Of a DNA stretch of 64,000 nt, positions 1 to 12,709 are shown piece by piece. The stretch's first letter is position 1. Every line of letters starts with the position of its first letter. The stretch is from Proteromonas lacertae (taxonomy: Eukaryota), in contig NGBS01001165.1 of NCBI GenBank assembly GCA_002245135.1, forward strand, positions 124,001 through 188,000. Direction: 5' to 3'. The translations under genes and the position numbers were made by a program. The notes under the pieces are model-generated. The model did no database searches, had not been told where the DNA came from, and was given only the letters and a program-made list of their open reading frames with translations.

Positions 1-2534
1 TTTCGTTTAAAGTGAGTTATATTAGTGGAATAATAATACAAATAAATGGAAAAGAGATATTTCGACATAATTTGCCTGATGGTGATATAACTCCAGATAC
101 AATGGCAAATAATATGTTTGATGTAATGGACAGATGAAGTGTTTATATTACCATTGTCATTTTTAGAAGAAGAAATAGGTAATAATAACAATCGAATTAC
201 ATAAACATGAAAAAGAGACTAAATTCCCTGAAATCAAAACATATTTATTGAGAATAATTGGAAGTGAAAAAGATTGTTTGATATTAAACAAATACACAAA
301 TCCAGTAACTGAAACTAATACTATAGACTATTCACCTATAACTAAAATAAAATTCGGTTTTGATGAAAATCCAAATTCACAATGGAATACAGAATTATCA
401 ATGTCAGGATGGCTAATAATGAGATTTCAAGATCATTTCCATTCTCATTTTAATCAATTCAGTATTGATGTAGTAGAAAGTCATCAAGGTAATCCTGAAA
501 ACTTTTCACTAGAAGGATATAGTCAAGAATATAGTAATTGGAGTAATATTGGCGAATATGAAGGTATTTACTTTTCAGAAATCAAAAGAAGAGTATTTTC
601 AAACTATAAATTATGCAATATATATTGTGCAATTCGAATGAATACAACAAAGTTATATAGTTATAGTTATCTACTAAAAGTGTATGATATTAATTTCAAT
701 TTATGTCCTTTAAGATATTGTGAAGCAATAGATAATATTTCACTTCCTAAAACTTTAAGTGGGAGTGAAATAACACTTCCATGCAATAATCACACTTTAG
801 AAGGAGAAAGAACATTCTATTGTAGAAATGATAAGAAATGGATAGAATTATTTTCAACATGTGAAGAAACACCATCACTTATTTATCAAGAAAAGGAATA
901 CACCTTTATAGTTGGAGAATACTATAAAGATATCAGTTTATTTAGTGTATCAGGAAAAGATGTTCATTATTCAATGCCTCCCGAAATTGAAGGATTGAAA
1001 TTGAATAGTAGAACAGGATTAATATCAGGTAAACCAAATAAAGAACAGGATCAGCAGACAATAGAGTTCAAATTTTGGAGTGATTATTTTATAGGTACAA
1101 AAACAATTGAAATAAAAATAACTGTATTACCATCAGATAGACTTGTGTTATTATGGAAAAATGAAACAGCTGAATTGGAAATAGGTTATGAATATAAAGA
1201 TTTAAGATTATTTGATGTATCTGGAAGAAATATAACCTATTCAATTGATAAACTACCAAATGGTTTAGTAATGAATAAAGCAACAGGTTTAATAAGTGGA
1301 GTAAACTTGAGAGAATTGCCAGTTGAATGTAAAATAACTGCAAAGAATCAATATGAAATAGGATTTGATGTAACAATTAAAATGAATCAACCAAAATATC
1401 CAATAATTATTAAATATGAAGAAGAAGTAATTTTAACATTTGGAATGAAATATGAGTCTATACAACCATATGAATGTAGTGGAAAATCATTATCATATTC
1501 AGTTGAACCAGTATTACCAGATGGCTTAAGAATAAATAAAAATAGCGGTATAATAAGAGGAATAGTAAATGTTGAACCACCATTAGATATTACTCATACA
1601 TTCATTTGTTATAATGATTATAGAAATATATCAAAATTAATCACATTTCATTATCATTATTCAATAGAACCTATAATAATCTCACATATTGATAATTTGA
1701 CATTAGAAGGTGGTAAAGAATATGATAATATTACCTTAGGAATAATAACAGGAAGAAATTTGTTATACAAAATTACTCCAGATTTCCCACCTTCATCAAG
1801 ATTGAAACTGAATAGTTCAAATGGAATAATTAGTGGTTATATTACTCGAGAATTTAAACCAATGAGTTTAACAGTAATAATAAGTGGTAGAGGAAAACAA
1901 GTGTTATTTTCATTCACTTTATTCTCATCAATAGCTGATAGTCCAATAATAGTTCCATCTACAAGAGTGTCAAGAATGAAATATACATTTGGAGATATAA
2001 TAAAATCATCTTATTTGTTTATAACATCAGGAACAAATCTTGAAATATCAGTAAGTCCAGATTTACCAAAAGGTATGATATTAGATTCAAGAACAGGTGA
2101 AATCTATGGATTACCTTCAGTATATGTAGATAAAAGAAATTACACATTTGCAATAAAGAATCCTCCATCATTCGAATGTAGAATTTGTAGATATAGAGAT
2201 AGAATTAGAAATAATCTATTGTGAATCAGATTCTGGCTTTCCTAAATCATCAGCTGATAAAAGAGGAAGAGAAATCTCAATAAAATGTGGAGGACTAAAA
2301 AGTGGAATAAAAATAAGAAAATGTATATTGAATAAAGAGAATAAAGGAATATGGAGTGAAATAGATGATAGTGATTGTAAGATAAACAGTGGAGCAGTGA
2401 TTGGAATTGCAATTAGTTGTGTATTTGTGGGAATAATGATAATATTGATGTTGATATTCTACTTATTAAAATCAGGAATGTTTAGAAAGAAAGCTAGATC
2501 TTCATCTTTAGTTGATAATGAAAAAATGATTTAA
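1..2534 (+). pseudogene. Type I membrane surface protein with He_PIG-like Ig repeats; 5' partial; frameshifted
   Basis: Repeated LP.GL..N..TG.ISG motifs in ORF 248-2224. C-terminal TM helix (AVIGIAISCVFVGIMIILMLIFYLL) and short tail in 2328-2534. Coding sense continues across frame changes near 130, 178 and 2162 (LHHSNVEFVDIEIELEIIYCESD... leads into the 2328 frame). No introns seen. May be intact if the shifts are assembly errors. Confidence 0.7.
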
Positions 2535-2788
2535 ATTAATGTATTTGTATCTGAGTTAGGCAAAGAATGTCCTTTCGACTTTGCCCTTTGTTATCTCTTT
2601 TCTAATAAATAGTAAATATTATCATTCACTAAGGAATATATATCAATATAACTCATTATACTCTTGCTTTACTATAAAATTAACAAAAATACATCTTATT
2701 GAAGAATAACTATTTGAATAATGAGCAAATAGCTTATACGATCTATTATGTACAATCTTTATAAAATATAGAATTATGATTATAATTA

Positions 2789-5601
2789 TTATAGTAACTC
2801 TAAAACAAAATCCTTTCCATAAACTTCTTGCTCGAATTCTGATAGATAATACTTTAAATCAATCTTATCTTCTAATTTTTCTATATTAGGTTTAATATCT
2901 ATTACTCGATTGAAGTGTGATATGAACTTATTTTCTTCTTTTGATTGTTCAGAAGTTTTGCCTTTTGAACAAACATAAATATAATGAAAATTTAACCAAC
3001 CAATTTTCATTGACAGTTGCATTATACATTCATCAATTTCACTATTACACTTTCTTTTTGCTTCGCTTATATCATTTATTACATGAATGAAACAGTTATT
3101 CATCATATAAATCATTTCTCTATTCTTTAGAGTGGCTAAATGCAATAAATACACTCCTTTCCTCTTAGTACAATATATATCTACATTGAATAATTTTCTA
3201 AATATTTCAAATTGATTATCATCGATTTCTTCTAATGGTATTGCTACATCCTCTGTATTATATAAACAGTTGTAAAAAACTAGCTCTACAAATAACAATT
3301 GAAATAGTTGATGATCTTTTTCATTATAAATACTCCTAAAAATTTCCTGAATTTTATCTACATCATCTTTTTCAGCTTTGTGTTTAATATTATAGTATAT
3401 AAAATCAAATACATCATCAGATATAAACTCCATTTGATCTTCATTAATTCTATCATAATATTTGGTTGTTTTCTGGTTATTTTTATATGGTATAGAGTAT
3501 TTCACTATATAATGACATGATGTACTATCAAATGTTGTTCTTCTTAAAGATATTTTATCACTTTTAGATTTATTTGGAAATAAATATTTCATTAGAAATT
3601 CCATATATCCAACACCGCCTATTATTCTTTTAATGCCTATTGAGTATAATTCATCCCAGTAATCTTTATTATAATATTTCTTATAAATTGCTGAATAATA
3701 GATATGTCTTGGAACATTTCCATATTTATTATTATATCCATTATCTATAATTACATTTTTCAATTCATTTTGCAAGCATTTTTCTTCCCATTCTTCAATT
3801 TCTTCATTACTAAATACATCCATAAAATAACATATTCTATTAGGATTATCTTTAAAAAATTACCATAATTCTTGCAATCTGGTGAAGTAATATATAATAT
3901 AATTGAAGCATTTGAAGTTCTAAAATCTAAGTTAAATGAATCTGATATAGCTATATCAGAGAATTTAATATCATTTAATTCACACATTTTTTCTCTTTCT
4001 AATCGGTATTTATTGCCAAGTTCGTTATCTGCATTTTTAAATACTGATGTTTCAATTTTCAATTTATCATCACTAATTCTTTTATTCAATTCAATAATCA
4101 TCTTCAACAAGAATATTATAAAGGAGGTTTTACCACATCCTGGATTACTTCTTAATAGAATCTTAAAACATTCGCCTATTTCGAATGTACCTTTTTTTTC
4201 TTTTGAATTTTTTCCCCTAAAATTCTATTGTTCAAATGGTCTAGCACTTCTTTTTTCTTCTTATAGTCATCGATCTTATCAATATATTTTTTATATATTA
4301 TTACGCTTCTTTTTCTATTCTCTTCATTATCTTCTTTAATACATTCATTTATTATTTCGACAAATGCATTTATCATATTTACATTATTACAATCATATAA
4401 TATTTTAACAAATAATATGAAATATTTTAATTCATTCCATATATTTTTATAAACTTGTCGAATATACACTCTCTTTTCAGGATATTGATATATATCACAT
4501 CCCATACTTATTGTTTTATCATCATTTATAACTACTGATTTTTCAAATATTCGACATAAAGAATTAGTTTCTATTATTAGAATATTATATTAATATAATT
4601 ATACTAGTACAAGTTAAACAATAATCTTTTAGACTTCCTTTCATTGTTTTAATTGCATTATATGCACATTTCAATTCTTTAACATACACCTTTTTAGCAT
4701 TATCAAGTGATTCAATCTTATTATCTTCATTTATAGTAAGCGTCAAATCTGTTAAAACAGTAGTAATATCCTCTTTACTAGCATCATTAGGCAATTCAGA
4801 TAAAAGCTTTTCTATGTAATCTTTACTAGCATTAACAATTAACATATATAATATTCTACCAAACTCTTTATTAACATTATAAAATGATATTAAGTCATTA
4901 ATATTCTCTTCTTCATTATCATCAACAAATAGTCTACAATGAACAAGTAGTGATGATAGTAAAATATTAATGCCATCTTCATTAATATATTTAGTAAATT
5001 TAGAAATATTTTCATTTATGATGCCCTTATCTATATCTATATGTAATTTTAATATTAACTCTTTAATTGCTTCACTTGGTAATTCAGCTAATAATCCATT
5101 TAGTAATTTCTTTTTATTCTTTTTATTTATAGGAAAACATAATTGAGATTGTACTATCCCATCTATGTAATGCTTAGTTACATCATAAGGAAATGCTGAT
5201 ATTATTTTATCAATGTATTGCTTAGTAGGTAAACTCAATCCAACAAATTCTTTCAATTGTTTTACTTCTTTTTTGTTTTCATCTAGAACTATACTTTCAT
5301 CTATTACCATACATGCTTTTTTAATTATATTTATAATATGTATGGTTTGATAATTTAATTCCAATTCACTTAAATTATTTACAAAACTTTTGTATGTGTT
5401 TATAGTTTCTTTTATAATATCAGTTTTACTAGTTTGATTAACCAAAATACTATCATTAAATTTCTTAATCAACTCTTTAATATCTTCTTCATCGTCAATT
5501 ATCTTTTTTATGGGTTCTTTAATAAGTAAATCTGAGTATTCTTTTGGAGTGGTAGTATATCTTTTCATTTTAGGAGTTTTAAGTTTTGAATTATCAAACA
5601 A
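2789..5601 (-). CDS. Crinkler/RHS-like module B, copy 1: helical N-region + P-loop NTPase + degenerate nuclease-like C-terminus
   Basis: ORF 4585-5601 splices (intron 4571-4604) into 4176-4505. Then, across homopolymer frameshifts (~4195, ~3855), it reads LLRSNPGCGKTSF, ITSPD, GNVPRH, FISDD, LFVELV. Colinear with 15948-17683. Start uncertain; may be fused to module A through a shift at ~5728. Confidence 0.7.
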
Positions 5602-5714
5602 TTTCTTTATGGTAATTTTTAAAACAGAACATCTAAGTCTTTTGGATTTTATAGATATGATTATATCTTCTGGTGTAATTCTTTTATCATTTTTATCTTT
5701 TTCATCGTTTTCAT

Positions 5715-8700
5715 CTACCCTTGTCTTTTTTTAGGCGGTTGATTATCTTCATCTGTATTCCAATAATAAGTTTTCTCCATTTCTTTTATCATTTCATTTT
5801 TTATTCTTATCCCATATGCTTCAAAACCACTATTACCTTTTACTAGTGGAGTTTTAACTTCATCAAGATCATATGAAAGAATTACTATTTTAAATATTGG
5901 ATTACACATATTCAATTCCATCTTTAATTTATCTTTTAAATCATTATTTTTTACAGAACCATCATCATTATAGATTTGGTTGAGTTCTTCTTTAATTAGC
6001 TATATAAAATAAAAATAATAAAATAATATACCTTAATAATTGTTTGTTTAAATCTTTCTTTTTGATCATTCTCCAAATCATTATACAAAGTATCAATAAT
6101 ATAATCATCTATATCTTGTAACAACTTTGCTTTTATTTCAAGATTTAATTTCACTACTTCATTTGCTTCTTCAAGATCATATATATTAAGGCATTGGAGT
6201 TGGTATTGTAATAAAGCATATTTATCATATAAACATTTTGATTTTTGAAAGACATCTTCAACATCAGTTTCTTCTTCCATTTCATTATTATTTGTTGAAT
6301 CTTCAGTAGCTGATTTAAACTTTGCTAATTTTTGTAAAAAAGTACTTAAATATGATAATAATACTTCACCGTTATCTTTTAATGTATATTGTTTGCAAGA
6401 TAAATATAACTGTAATATATTATCTATTGTATGTTGATTACTCTTCCAAAACTCTATTTCAATACATAATTGTTCAAGTTTTGTTAGATTTTGGCATTCT
6501 TGTAATTGTTCTGATAAATATTTTAACTGTTTTTTAAACAAGAACAAAAAATCATTCAATTCAGGAATTAAGTCATTGTAAAAAATAGTTAACTCTTCCT
6601 GTTGTTGTCTTAACATTCTTAATTGGTTTTGTAATTCTTGTATTAAGTTTGAATATTCAGATTTATCTAATAATTTCAGATGGTAAGAAAAGAGAATCTC
6701 TACTTGAGCTATTTGCTTTGGTATTTTATCTTCTAATTCATTTATTTTATCACATGCTTCATTCATTTGGGTTTGAACAGATTTTGCTTTTATTATTTTT
6801 TGATTTGCTGCTAATATTTTAACACACAATACTATTGATTTTGTTGATTCTTTTAATTGTATATAACATCTATCTACTATATTTTTAAAAATCTTTAATT
6901 TGGTTTTCATTCTATATGCTTCAATTGGTTTAATTTCTTTTTCTGGTTTCTCGTTATCATCTGTATTTGGCCGTTTTAATGGTATTGATAAAACTAACTG
7001 ATTATCTCCTGATTGTTTTGGTTTTTTGGCTTTTAATTGTTGTTTATATTTATTTATTTTGTCATCTAATCCATGAAACTGTTTTGTGAGATCTTTTAAT
7101 TGCGTATTTAAAACTTTAACTCGCTCTTCTAACAGCTTTGCATGCTGATTATTACTTAACTTATAGTGTTTAATATTATCCATTATATCCTTTTCTCTAA
7201 TGAGTAATTCACTTTCTAATTTTTCAAACTCTATCGTATCACTATCCAAAATTTTCAGGAATTCTGTCTGTCTTTCAGGACTATAGTTTTTAATTAATTC
7301 AGGGTCAATGTCATTTCTACGACTAAGTTCATTGATTAAAAACTATAAATAATAGAAATAATATACTATATTATACATAACTTTCACATAGGATTCTTCT
7401 ACGATGATTCATTTCGAATATTTTATGTCTTTTAAAACTGCTTGGTATATAACCAAGTTCATAAAGTGAAGATTCTCGTTTAAATTCTGTTGGATATGGA
7501 TCAATAGTGGTTTTACTAGTAGTAGGTTTCTTATTAGGTGGATTTAATATGTAGTCTATCATCACATCTTTATGATGATTGTATATCATCTAATCAAATA
7601 TAATAGTATATATAAATACATTCAGAAATACAATTATTGTATTTATTATAGAATGATCATCAGACATTGTCATTTGAACAGATGTAATATTGAATTTATT
7701 GATAATACAACCATCTATTGCTGGGAAATCTTTAATATTACCAAAATCAATATACAATGCATCGACATCTTCAGTATTCTCAACACCACTCTTCTTATCC
7801 TTACTTCTCTTAATATAATATTCAGATTCAGAATTTAGATATTTGTCAAATCTTTCCATATCATAATAATAACATAATTTTTTAGGAATGAATATAATGT
7901 TATTATCTAGTAACTTATCTTTAACTATAATATGACACATTCTTTCAAATATAATTCCTTCTCTTTTATACTTAAATATATCATATAATTCTTTTAATCT
8001 ATTTTTACTATTGAAATACCTTATTAAAATTTCTCTTTCTATTTTCTTGGATTTAAACTTTAATCTATCTGCAACTTTATCTACCCTATCAGTATCATAT
8101 ATATAAATACTTTCATTGTACTCTGGTGGTATATATGTAGGTAAAATATATTCATTTACATTAAATGAGTTGTTATTAATTTTATAGCTTTTTACACTCA
8201 ATTCTTTGTCTATTCTTTTACTGAATTTCATTTCTTCTGGTGTGAGAGGTAGTAAATAAAATTGTACTGGAGCTCTTTTATAACTCATAACTTTGTACAT
8301 CCTTGAGTTTGGAGAAGATATCATAATTACTATCTCATCATTACTGTAATCATCTTCTTTAATGGGAAAGTTGTCACTAATTATTATTGTTTTTCTATTA
8401 GTAAAAGGCAGCTTTTCTGTAACTTCAAATTTCACACCAAAAGATTCTCGAAATAAATATGGCGCTTTGGATAGTTTTAAGTCACTGAAAAGAACAACAT
8501 TATATTCATCGAAGTCTTTATCCATGTTAAAACAATACGCTAAAAAACAGCTGAAAGTAGTTTTACCTATTTTTTCATTACCATACACTAAAAAGCATTT
8601 TTGATATTTAGATCCCTTATGTTCCATAACTATTTTCTTCATCTCACAGTAAATACGAATGAAGCAATCTCTAACTAAAATGAAAGGGTCCATACAATAA

Positions 8701-8789
8701 AAAAATGTCTTACCATTTTCACCAGTCCCTTCCACTAGTTTTATTTCATTTATATCGTCATATACTAAAGATTTAGATAATGACTCCAT
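5715..8789 (-). CDS. Crinkler/RHS-like module A, copy 1: P-loop NTPase + PD-(D/E)xK-like REase + long coiled coil
   Basis: Walker A FLVYGNEKIGKT, IMISSP, GIIFE...DFPAIDG...VQMTMSDDH. In-frame splicing through introns 7590-7619, 7343-7376 and 6000-6031 joins ORFs 7590-8789, 7371-7589, 5996-7249 and 5715-5921. Confidence 0.75.
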
Positions 8790-9272
8790 AACTGAATAAA
8801 CAAATTATCTATAATTATCAAAGATGAATGTAAAGTCATTAACTGAGGCTTATCAAATAATAGCTGTTTTAATAAACACAAACTATATCAACTTAAGAAA
8901 TGAGAAAATGACATTCTTTATTATCATAGGTTGTATTACATGGACAAAATATACAAACTGTGAAATAATAGTTTAAATCTCTTCTTATTAATAAGCTGGT
9001 AACTCTTGCATATGAAATTAATTTATCACACGTAAAGTTAATTGAAAACAGTTTTACTTGTAGATAACTTTACTATCTACTCTATATCCAGCAAATAGTA
9101 GAATACTATTACTATTTTCATTAATTTAGATAATTTTCTTTTCTCTATTAATAATCTATATTTTGATTGTTTATAATATGATATGAATATAAGTTAGAAT
9201 TTATGGTTATTTTTTAATAAAAATTTTCATAAACCTAATTTATTATTTTTGTTTTGCTTAATTATTTGATCT

Positions 9273-12200
9273 ATGCAAGGTGAATTACATATTACAATAC
9301 TTAGATGTCACAATCTGCCTATCATGGATAAGAAGAGACAAACAACAGATGCGTAAGATTTATCTTTATTCATTATGTAGATTTGTTCAAATTATTCAGA
9401 AAAATAAAGTTCTATTAACTACAAAAACGGTAAAGAATTCATTAGATCCAGAGTGGAAAGAACCATATACTTCAGCCTGTTCATTGAAGGATTTAGTGGA
9501 TGATCCTTTTGTAATTAAGATATTTGATGATCGATTGGGAAGTAGTAAGTCCATAGGTGTGTTACCACTTGATTTATCGTTGATTATAAGAAGATTACCA
9601 GAATCAAAAATGAAAGATCACAAAATCAGTGGTTCGTTTCCTATATATGACTGTCATGAAGGTATTCGTGGATCAATAGAAATAGAAGTGTCAATTGAAA
9701 GTCTATCTGAAGCTGATGTATTAATTAATTGTCTATATGTGTATATATATGAATAGGAAAAAATCATATCATTTTATCATTCATCTGAACTCTATTTAAA
9801 ACCAGAAATATACAACAAAATGGAAGACATTGATGAATTTGTCGAAGAATTAGTAGTTGACACAGATCCTGAGTATAAAAATGATTGGGGAAATTATATG
9901 AATACCTCACGTTATACAAATGAAAAAAGACAATTAACAATGTACAAATTAACGTATATATTATTACAGTTATCATTTAGATGTGAGTTGAAGAATAATA
10001 TCAGTATGAGAGCTTTAAAGATGAATTGTGATATTGTATTAGGTTATAGACAACAATTTGATGTTGAAGGTGATAGTGGTTTAGTATTGAGAGGATATGG
10101 TAATTTATGGAAGTATACATATATATATATATATATATATAGAGTTGGATGTGATAAAACATTTTCATTAGATGATTATTCTACTACTGATGAGTATATT
10201 ATATATAACTTATTATATATATAAATATAGTAGTAGAAATATTCAATTATTCCCATCAGCAAATTCAATAACTTCTGAGAAAGATCAAATTAATAATAAT
10301 AATAGTCTCAAATTTGAACCAAGTGTTTATATACCTGTTGATATTAATGATATTAGTTTAAAATCTTGTAATTGTTCATCAACAACAGCATATCAATATT
10401 GTGGATTAGTTTCATGTCGTAGTATCAAATACTTAGTATATATAATTTATATTTTATTTATTATTATTATATAAATAGGGTAAATTACAAAGTGATGAAG
10501 AAGATGTAGAAACAAGAGATGAATGGTGGCATGAAGTAAGACAAAACTTAAGATTAACAGCAATGCAATTACATGGTAATTCAATTAATGGATATAAAGA
10601 AAATGCATCAATAAGAAGAGATGTGTGTATAATGTCTGTATATGGAACTGCTGTTCATGAAATGCCTTCATTTCCATATCCATGTTCATGTGTATTATAT
10701 TTATATATTATATTATTACATAGTATCATGTTGCTCAAGATTTTCTCAATACATTTCCCTATAATTCAATGAATTTAAGTAAATGTAAATTATGTAAAAT
10801 AGCCTTTGTTCCTGAAGTATTAATATCCACAATGGAACCTCCAAATGAATTTTCAACAAGTAATGCAAGTTGTTTGATAATGGTAAATTCCATATTACAA
10901 TTTGAAGATGAATCTGATAGAGAAGAATTAGCAAAAGATTTAACAAGACATATCGTGAGTATAGAATCAGAATTATATTCAAAATTGTTATTTCAATTAT
11001 CATTATACCAAAAGAATGCTGTTTTTAAGTATAAATGTGATATTCAAGTATATTTATTTGTTGTTTTATATTATATTTAGCTTGGTGATGGTATACTGAT
11101 TGGTGTAATAACAGGAACAGGTGTATTATTAACAGCTTTACCAGATCCAAAACCATTATCAATTCGTTTTATAGAAAACTATGAGAAGTATAACAGTAAA
11201 CTTGAAGAGTTGACTAATTACTATAAAAACTATAAAAGTATTTAATTAATATGTATTATATATAGATCCTGAGACTTGTTTATATGCAATTGATGATAAT
11301 GCTTTAATTTCAACTTCAAAATCAATCAATACTCCATTCAGTAGAGTAAAATCTAATTATTCAAAAGCACCAGATACTGAAGAAAAAGATGATGATGATG
11401 AGACTCAGAAAATACCTTATTATAGAAAAGATTATTTCAAAATGAATGAAGAAAGTATTATACAGATGATAGATCAAGCAGAAATGCAAAGAAAATATAA
11501 TTGTATAATATAGAGAGTTTTTTTTTTTTATAATTGTTTCAAAATAGATTGTCATATTTGTACAACACAAACATGTCCAGGAATAAAATGTATTTTGAAC
11601 AATGGGAAACATATAACTACAATGAACAGTATAAATTTCACACCAAGTAATATAAATAATGAGTTTAACAAATCTTTTCAAGAATTGTTACAGAAAATTC
11701 GATTTACAACAACTCCAAAAGTATAATCTCAATCTTATATATATATATATATATGAATAGCAACAATGTCGATATGTATTAGGTTTTGATTTAAACTTCA
11801 GATTAGTATCAAACCATCAAATGTTAATATATTGTTCAGCCAGTGAGATGAAACCATTTTGTGATTGTGATAAATATACCACCACCACCACCACTAAACC
11901 AACTGAATCTCTATCAATATCGCCATTATCATATGTATTAACTCCAAGCCCAGAGGAAGTAGATGTAGCTGATATAGCAATCAATATAAATAGAAATGAA
12001 TTTAAGATTAAAAAGAGTAAGTTTTTAAATGATATTAAAGATGATAATGTGTATTTATATCAATCTACTAAAAATTCAAATCGTGAAGTATTAGAGTATT
12101 ATGGATGTATTAATATACACCTAATTCGTGAAGCAAAATCAATTCAGGTGGATAAATTATCAAGTTTTTATCATCAATTTTTACATGAAGTAAATCAGAT

Positions 12201-12449
12201 AGTCAAAGCTCATGTTTTAGCAGTTGGAGGAAATGCTGTTATTTGTTATCAAGTAAATATAGTAATAATTTATCATTTTTATAGATTTTAATGACAGATT
12301 CTGGTAATGTAGCTAATTTGGAAAGTCAAGAATATATAGTTGTAAATGTTTCAGGTGATATAGTGAAACTAAGCGAAAGTAAAGATTTGATGAAATATTT
12401 TCAAATAGATGATGAAAATGATAATAGATGTGTTGAACTTGATAAATAG
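9273..12449 (+). CDS. C2CD5: C2 domain-containing protein 5-like (multi-exon)
   Basis: Spliced N-terminus MQGELHITILRCHNLPIMDKKRQTTDAFVQ (C2 domain). Also EELVVDTDPEY, VLGYRQQFDVEGDSGLVLRGYG, TRDEWWHEVR and C-terminal AHVLAVGGNAVICY...VNVSGDIV. Last intron 12253-12284; stop TAG 12447-12449. Confidence 0.9.
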
Positions 12450-12480
12450 ATTTGATTATAACAAATAATTTGGCTAATAT
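12254..12480 (+). repeat. Direct repeat copy 1 (227 bp): last intron, last exon and 3' flank of C2CD5
   Basis: Matches 17826-18053 except for one substitution and one 1-nt indel, by eye. Confidence 0.97.
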
Positions 12481-12709
12481 ACAATTTTTTTACTCATTTA
12501 CTCATAAAATTGGGTTAGGTAAGCCATCAGTTTTTGTATACCAGCAATATTTATTTATTTTCGTTAAATTTATCAAAATTCAATAACTGAACATATTTCA
12601 ATTATTTTGATATATATATGTTTAGATTCATACCTGTACATTTATATTCTAAATTCTTCTATTTCTTCTATTCACTAATATTACTTGAATTTACTTCTAT
12701 TCACCTGAA

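Noticed and set aside
2535..9272. Search for a long direct repeat or TIR around cassette 1
   Set aside because: Comparing 2535-2788 with 8790-9272 by eye showed none. It may be eroded or missed.
12511..12520. TGGGTTAGGT telomere-like word near the cassette left end
   Set aside because: Single short occurrence, not an array.
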